Shown one piece after another: positions 56,122-64,000 of a stretch of DNA of 64,000 nucleotides. Location of the stretch: NCBI GenBank assembly GCA_951406725.2, contig OX597819.1:43834001-43898000 (forward strand), given 5' to 3'. Under the pieces are notes generated by a model. That model did no database searches and had not been told where the DNA came from. It saw only the letters and a program-made list of their open reading frames with translations. This DNA is from Octopus vulgaris (taxonomy: Eukaryota). Each line of letters opens with the position of its first letter. Positions within the stretch are counted from its first letter, which is position 1. The position numbers and the translations under genes were made by a program.

Positions 56122-56379
56122 CTCGGTGGGGTCGGGGCATTATGCTAATAATAAACACCCGAAATGGTTCTATTTCACTTCATTTATTGACCAGTGATTT
56201 AACATTTCACCAATCGATTATTGTTTCATCGCTTGATCAATCAATCAATCATTCATGTGAGTCGGTGAAATAACGTTTATCCCCATTCGAGATCTCATCA
56301 ATGAAACGCTGTCTCTACTCTTGTACTACTTCTGGTCTGTCTACCTGTCTCCTTGTTTAAAGGTTCTATATTCATATCA

Positions 56380-56690
56380 GGAGGCAAAATGGCCCAGTGG
56401 TTAGGGCAGCGGACTCGCGGTCGTAGGATCTCGGTTTCGATTCCCAGACCGGGCGTTGTGAGTGTTTATTGAGCGAAAACACCTAAAGCTCCACGAGGCT
56501 CCAACAGGGGGTGTGGTGATCCCTGCTGTACTCTTTCGCTACGACTTTCTCTCACTCTTTCTTCTGTTGACCTGCTCGCTTAGCCAGCGGGGTGGCGTCA
56601 TTTGAAGGCTAAAACAATGCGAAGCGCATTGTGACCAGCGATGTGTAGCAACATCTGGTAGCCTGGTCGGTTACGGTCATCACGGTAATA
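56380..56690 (+). mobile_element. SINE group C (third tail type)
   Basis: GGAGGCAAAATGGCCCAGTGGTTAGGGC head and body as in 23120-23313, different 3' part. Confidence 0.88.
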
Positions 56691-57072
56691 TATATATATC
56701 CACGTGCGTGACAAAATATGATTTCAGAACTTGTGTATGTTCGTGAGAATATATGATGTTTATCATATTCCAGAATATATATATCTTAGCGCTATTGGTG
56801 AATTTAAATTAAATTGGGGAGGAAGAGTTTAACTCAATGATATCTATGCTGTATATTTACATTTTCTGTAAAGCCGCAAACTGTGTCTATTTCGTATGCG
56901 GATATCTACACTTGAAAGCAAACAATAGACGAAGATGGCGTCACATCTTACAAAGTTTTTTCTGATATTTTATAAGAGACGAGATTTCATAATGAAAAAA
57001 ATTTTAAAGTGACATAACAGCTCCTTATAATCACACTTCATATACTCTGTATATTAGGAAGCGTGTACCTGT

Positions 57073-57123
<51 letters not shown>

Positions 57124-57200
57124 ATATATATGTATGTATATATATGTGTATATGCATACATATATACACATATGTATATGTGTAAATATATATATACATA

Positions 57201-57235
<35 letters not shown>

Positions 57236-57402
57236 ATATACATGTATGTATATATATGTGTATATGCATACATATATACACACATGTATATGTGTAAATA
57301 TATATATATACATATAAGTAAATATGTATATATATGTATATATATATATATATATATTTCTGTGTACGTATGCATATATATATATATATATATACATTTT
57401 TA

Positions 57403-57497
<95 letters not shown>

Positions 57498-58279
57498 CCA
57501 CTTGTGGAATATACATGGATATATATCATAATGTGCGCATTCGCACATATATATATGAATGTCTGTACTTATACATTTCTACATGTGTGTGTGTGTGTGT
57601 ATGTGTATGTATGCGTCTGCGTGCGCATAAATAAGAGTGTTTCTTTGTTCTGCTAAATACAAAAAAACAACGCCTACTCTTCCGCGTTCCTTCACACAAC
57701 TTCAGACAATCTCTTTCTCTCTTTCTTCATCATTCTCATCGTTTCTCACATTAAATATAACTATTCTCTCCTTTCACTCCCCAAATTTGAAGAAAATTTT
57801 GATAACAAGAAAACAAAAAAAAACCAAAAAAAAAAACACCTGCAAAATTCAACCATCCCCACAAAACAGCCGCCATGGCTACTACGTCCATCATCTTCTC
57901 CCGCCCGCTCGCCCGCCAGCCCGCCCTCCACTTCATCCTCCACAGCTAAAGAAAATAACACATTCACGCATTTAGTATCCTTTTTAATTATCAACAACTC
58001 TTACAACAACATCAATAACAATACAAATAACGTTTACAACGAAACTGGAAACAGAACAGCAAAACAAAAAAAAAGCAAAGCTATATGGTAACTATGGTAA
58101 CTGACAGCATCTCTTGCTATCTCGAGGAAAATGTAATTGTTAAAAATAGCAATTTAGAAATAGTGGGAAGAATTATTATTTTTATTATTGTTATTATTAT
58201 TATTATTATTATTATTTTTATTATTGTTATTATTATTATTATTATTATTATAATTATTTTTATTATTATTATTATTATT

Positions 58280-59534
58280 AAAGGAGGCATGCTGACAGAA
58301 TTGTTAGTGCGCTGGAGGAAATCGACTTTCACCGAAATCGACTTTACTTTTCATCCTTTCAATGTCCATAAATTGAGTACCTGTGAGACACTGGGGTCAT
58401 TGTAATCGACTAGTCCCCTCCCACCAAATTTCAGACCTTGTGCCAAAAGTTGAAAGGATTATTTTTATTTCTTTATTACTCAACAGCGGGCTAAACATAG
58501 AGAGGACAAACAAGGACAGATTAAGGTTTAAGTCGATTACATCGATCCCAGTGCATAACTGGTACTTATTTACTCGAACCCGAAAGGATGAAAGGCAAAG
58601 TCGACCGCGGTGGAGTTTGAACTCAGAACGTAACGGCAGCAGAAATACCTATTTCTTTACTACGCACAAGGGGATAAACACAGAGGGGATAAACAAGTAC
58701 AGACAAACGGATTAAGTCGATTATATCGACCCCAGTGCGTAAATGGTACTTAATTTATCGACCCCGAAAGGATGAAAGGCAAAGTCGACCTCGGCGGAAT
58801 TTGAACTCAGAACGTAACGGCAGACGAAATACGGCTACGCATTTCGCCCGGCGTGCTAACGGTTCTATTATTATTAAAGGCGGTTAGCTGGTTACGGTCT
58901 GAGTTCAAATTATGCCGAAGTCAACTTTGCCTTTCATTCTCTCGGGTCGATAAAATGAGTACCAGTCGAGCGCTGGGGTCGATGTAATCTATTAACCCTC
59001 TCCACCAAAATTTCAGGCTTTGTGCCTACAGTAGAAAGGATTTTTATTATTATAACCTCCGTCTTAGCGAAGGCAGAGGTATTTTTTTCGCTCGTGTTTG
59101 TTTATCCGTGGACATGATATCTCAAGAATCGCTGGATGGATTTGGATGAAACCTTCAGGCATGTTTGGTCACGTGATTCGCACGAAGTGATTAGATTTTG
59201 GGATCGATCCTGTACCTGACAAGGATTCTGGATTATTTTTCCTGTATTTTTACTAAATATTTGAGAGCGGTCGGGTTCATTTTTAGTATTCTTGTTTTTG
59301 AGAGCAGTCGACTTTATTTCAGATATTCTCATTTTAAAAATCATCTCTGGCTAATCGTTGAGAGGACGTTGGTGTTGCCATGGCGGAGGTTTGCGCTCTC
59401 TGAGTGCGCTTGTTAATATTAATATTAAATATGTACCAGTCAATCACTGGGGTCGTTGTAATCGATTTAATCCCCTTGTCTGTCCTTGTCTGTCCTCTAT
59501 GTTTAGCCCCCTGTGGGCAATATAGAAATAAGTA

Positions 59535-59595
<61 letters not shown>

Positions 59596-60485
59596 GGCGG
59601 TGAGCTGACTGAATGATTAGGACGCCGGACAAAATGCGTAGCGGCATTTCGTCCGCCTTTACTTTCTGAGTTCAAATTCTGCCGAGGCCGACTTTGTCTT
59701 TCATCCTTTCGAGTTGGATAAATAAGTTCTATTTGAGAACTGGAGTTGATATAATCGACTTAGTTCCTCCCCCAAAATTTGAGGCCTTGTGCCTATAGTA
59801 GAAAGACTTATTAAAAGAAGCGAACTGACAAAATCGTCAGCACGCCGGACGAAATACTTAGCAGTATTTCGCCCATTTTTACGTTCTGAGTTCAAAATTC
59901 CTCCGACGTCGATTTTACCTTTCATCCTTTTTGGATCGATGTAATAAGAACCAGTTGAGTACTGGGGTCGATGTAATCGACTTGCCTCCTCCCGCCAAAT
60001 TTCAGGCTTTGAACTTGTATTAGAAATAATTATTATTATCTTGGCAGTGGGCAGGAAGAATCGTTAGAGCATCACATAAAATACTTTGCTGTATTTCTTT
60101 TGGCATTTTTTATTCTGAATTCAAATTCTGCCGCGATCAACTTGGCCTTTCTTCCTCTAGGTGTCGATAAAATAAATACCAGTTGGATACTAGGGTCGAT
60201 GTAATCGACTTACCCCCTCCGCCGAAATTGCTGGCCGTGTATTGCAATTTGAAATTATTAATATTTTAGCGACGAGTTGGCAGAATGGTTAGGACCCTTG
60301 ACGAAATGCATAATGGCATTTCGTCCGTCTTTACATTCTGAGTTAAAATTCCACCAAGGTCGACTTTATCATTCATCCTTTCGGGGTCAATAAAATAAGT
60401 ACCAGTTGAATAACTAGGGTCGATGTAATCGACTTCGCTCATCGCCACCAAAATTTCAGGCTTTGTGCTTTAGGTAGAAAGGATT
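58280..60485. mobile_element. Dense cluster of group A SINEs (about 10 full or partial units, both strands)
   Basis: Repeated cores separated by (ATT)n tails. Confidence 0.88.
59053..59414 (+). mobile_element. Helentron-associated non-autonomous element (HINE/DINE-1-like)
   Basis: Subterminal inverted ACCTCCG / CGGAGGT, 5' stem ACCTCCGTCTT..AAGGCAGAGGT, 3' hairpin GCGCTCTCTGAGTGC, T-rich insertion site. Confidence 0.75.
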
Positions 60486-60572
60486 ATTTTTATTATCATT
60501 ATTATTATTATTGAGTGAGGGAGCAGTGCATGTACCATCAAAGTGACACTGTAGTAAAATATACGAAGCCCG

Positions 60573-60867
<295 letters not shown>

Positions 60868-60874
60868 TAATAAT

Positions 60875-60958
<84 letters not shown>

Positions 60959-60959
<1 letters not shown>

Positions 60960-61462
60960 GAGTAAGAGAGCAGTTCATGCCATCAAAATGACACTGGGGT
61001 AAAATATACGAAGCCCAATATACCCATCATGACTACCCGTCTGATAAGGATACACCAGGCACATGCATCACAACCATATGTGCGTGACATGGTGATCTCA
61101 TATCAAGATAAACAGCACATGACCTTGCAGGTGGGGCCCAGTTTGAATTTTCTTCAGGTTGGGTAGCCCATCCCGCTCAAAAGGTCCCTGAATAAGGGTT
61201 GTTTAAGGATGTTGAAAGAACCACCCATGTTTCCAGAGGTGAATTATTCAAACCCCAAAGAATCCCTCTCAACACATGGCTATGATGCTCCCCCACTACT
61301 TCTGCTCGTGATCAGAGATGCACATATCGTCAGCCACTAAGGGACATGCTCAACTGGTTAAGGTCAAACAACTGACAAGCAAATCTATGGTATTGAGCAG
61401 AATATTTGCTGTAGCCCATCTTTTATACCAAAACAAATCAATGTACATGATAACACTTCCAA

Positions 61463-61463
<1 letters not shown>
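60959..61463 (-). mobile_element. (TAA)n-tailed retroelement 3' region
   Basis: Reverse complement of 46945-47430. A 60-bp truncated copy lies at 60512-60572. Confidence 0.9.
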
Positions 61464-61497
<34 letters not shown>

Positions 61498-62499
61498 GTT
61501 AAGACGGCGAGCTGGCCGAATCGTTAGCTGGCAGAATGCTTAGTGGTATTTCGTCCGTCTTTTCGTTCTGGGTTCACATTCCGCCGAAGCCAGCTTTACC
61601 TTTCATCCTTTCGGAATCTATAAAATAAGTACCAGTTAAATACTGGGGTCGATATAATCGACTAAGCCCCTATCCTGAACTTGCTGGATTTGTTCCAAAA
61701 TTTGAAACCATCAGTATTTTCACTATTGTTGGTGTTGTTGGTGCTAAGTTTGAATCGTTGATGCGTCAGACAAAATGGTTAGTGGGATTTCTTTCTGCTC
61801 TTTAAGTTTTGAATTCGAATTGCACCAAGATGGACTTTACCGTTTTTTCTCATTCGGAGTCAATAAGGCTTGAAACAAAGTGCAAAAATTGTTTGCGAAC
61901 GCATGCAGAAAACTAGAGGCAGTTTATTTATTTCTTTTTTCTGAGGAGTAATAAAGAATGCACAAATTGATCTCACCAAAAATAACAGAACAATATACCT
62001 TAGAACATCGCATCCAATTCAAAAACAATCCCAAATAAAAACTATAGCATACACATGTATTGAGGTTGAGCAAAGCAAGGTCAGATTAAAAGTGCCTAAA
62101 ACCAGTCTGGAGCATTAATACCTGTGTCACTCGAGGGAAACGTTTTGGTGCTATTGAAGTAAGGTTTCAAACTGAAAAAGCGAAGAGTGACGAACTGCTA
62201 CCGATTCCAACACTCCTAGGTCGGGGAGAGGCAAAACTAAAGGTGACTGAGGCGCCCGCAGAAGAATATCTCTCTCCTTGCTTGTGGAAGTGTATTCTGG
62301 AAGTCCACAGAGTGGAAAAGGAGAATTAGTTAGATACATAGATGGAACACTATTACTTCAAGCAGAGTAAGTAATCATGGAGGCTATTCCTGACTTGGTC
62401 AAGCTCCGAGATGATTTGCAGCTTTTCATAGCGCCACCAAACTGCTCCATCAATGTTTTACAAAATTATGTCCTGGAACAATTGTAACAAATTAATCAT

Positions 62500-62900
62500 G
62501 GGTGCAGGGTCTACAGAATGGACTAGATAACAGGAAGTGCACAGTAGACCTTTCAGAATGGAAAAGTCATTCAGAAATCACCATAAAAAAGTAGTAAGAT
62601 ATCGGATATAATCAAAACAAGTGATTCTGATTGAATTCGTTGCATCACATGAAAGCAGAATGGAGTATGCCGACATCTACATGAATGAGAAATATACCAG
62701 TTTTGCCGTCAAATTTAGAGAATCTGACATCTTAGTCTATGTCCTTGACATAAACATGGGAATAAAGGATTTTGTGGCCAAATATGCCCATATTATCATG
62801 AAGCGATTATCACTTTCTGGGTAAAAGTGAATCAGAATTGTAAAGATAATGCCAGAAACAGTCGAAAAGAATTTAATCTGGATTTGATTAGAGTGAACTT
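62500..62900 (+). pseudogene. Hero-clade non-LTR retrotransposon RLE domain, decayed
   Basis: KQVILIEFVASHESRMEYADIYMNEKY...DINMGIKDFVAK...IMPETVEKNLIWI follows the Hero pattern VxLIELTVPWE..MEEA...KY...EVGxRGFV...EAAEKASxWLW. Confidence 0.75.
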
Positions 62901-63415
62901 CAAAACGTATAACTTACTCTACATGAAACTGGTGCCTCAGACCGAAGTGGAAGCGCCATACAAAGTACCTTGATTCAAGGGCAGTATTATCACTCTCAAA
63001 GATGCAGGTTAATATGCACACAGCAGAGCAAAAATCTGAAAGCAAAGGAATATCAAGATGTCATGACTTGGATACGGCATGGACCCTTTACAACGCAAAG
63101 AGTTAAGGGTCAAAACACTTATATAAGAGGTAGGGATTCATCTCACATATCTCGCTGCTGTTCAACTTTCCATATAGTTCATTACACGCACCAAACACAT
63201 GACGCACGCGAGCATACATGCACATATATACATATGTGCATGTGTGCGTGCGTGTGTATATGCATATATATATATATATAAAGTGTAGGAAGATTTAAAG
63301 TTTATGCTCCATGGTCGTAACTTCAACCGTGTTTTTTCTGTTGTGATTTTTGCTACCCAGGTATCGGTTATCATTTGAATTATCCGTAATAAGATAATTC
63401 ATTTATCTACTTCAA

Positions 63416-63460
<45 letters not shown>

Positions 63461-63468
63461 ATATAAGG

Positions 63469-63523
63469 CAAATAAGTAACAAGGATGTCCAGGTAATAAC
63501 TGGACACCCTTGTTATTTATTTG
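63469..63523. repeat. 24-bp-arm hairpin between (TA)n tracts
   Basis: CAAATAAGTAACAAGGATGTCCAG-GTAATAA-CTGGACACCCTTGTTATTTATTTG (one G-U pair, one mismatch). Confidence 0.92.
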
Positions 63524-63592
63524 GTGTGCGGATAATACCGGGCTGACTTGGTGCCTCAACTTAAGTACCTTTTTCAGCTGAATCTTAATTAA

Positions 63593-63668
<76 letters not shown>

Positions 63669-63784
63669 GTACATATATATATAATGTATATATATATATG
63701 TATTTATATATATATACATACATACATATATATGTATATGTATATGTGTATATATATATGTATATGTATATGTATATGTATAAG

Positions 63785-63826
<42 letters not shown>

Positions 63827-63932
63827 GATGTACATATATATGTGCATATATATATATGTATATATATACACATATATTTATATTTAGATGTATATATATA
63901 TATGTATGTGCCTATATATATATATATGCATA

Positions 63933-63992
<60 letters not shown>

Positions 63993-64000
63993 GTGTGTGT

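Noticed and set aside
57120-57320. About 110-bp duplicated block in a TA/CA tract (similar case at 10619-10740)
   Set aside because: Ordinary slippage within a compound microsatellite.

Overview
AT-rich, microsatellite-saturated eukaryotic DNA. The tRNA-derived SINE families, (TA)n/(CA)n/(TAA)n density and TE mix suggest an octopod cephalopod genome (inference, no database search). No intact host protein-coding gene is recognisable; almost all ORFs in the supplied track are microsatellite or SINE translations. The window is a layered record of mobile DNA: three tRNA-SINE groups, a young 5'-truncated RTE LINE, R4/Dong and Hero restriction-like-endonuclease retroelements associated with (TAA)n, mariner, pogo, hAT, piggyBac, Helitron and Helentron derivatives, and a Penelope-like (PLE) GIY-YIG relic. 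A few minus-strand splice-bounded unique islands suggest non-coding or UTR exons. The most interesting signal is a set of PLE-type minimal hammerhead ribozymes (14070-14115, 38304-38360, degenerate 32636-32753). One sits in the tail of a small element whose sister copy (29640-30170) has a tRNA-like Pol III head and a microsatellite body, i.e. a candidate SINE/retrozyme hybrid. Fold-back hairpins are also embedded in (TA)n tracts. All motif calls are by eye and element boundaries are approximate unless TIRs/TSDs are given.
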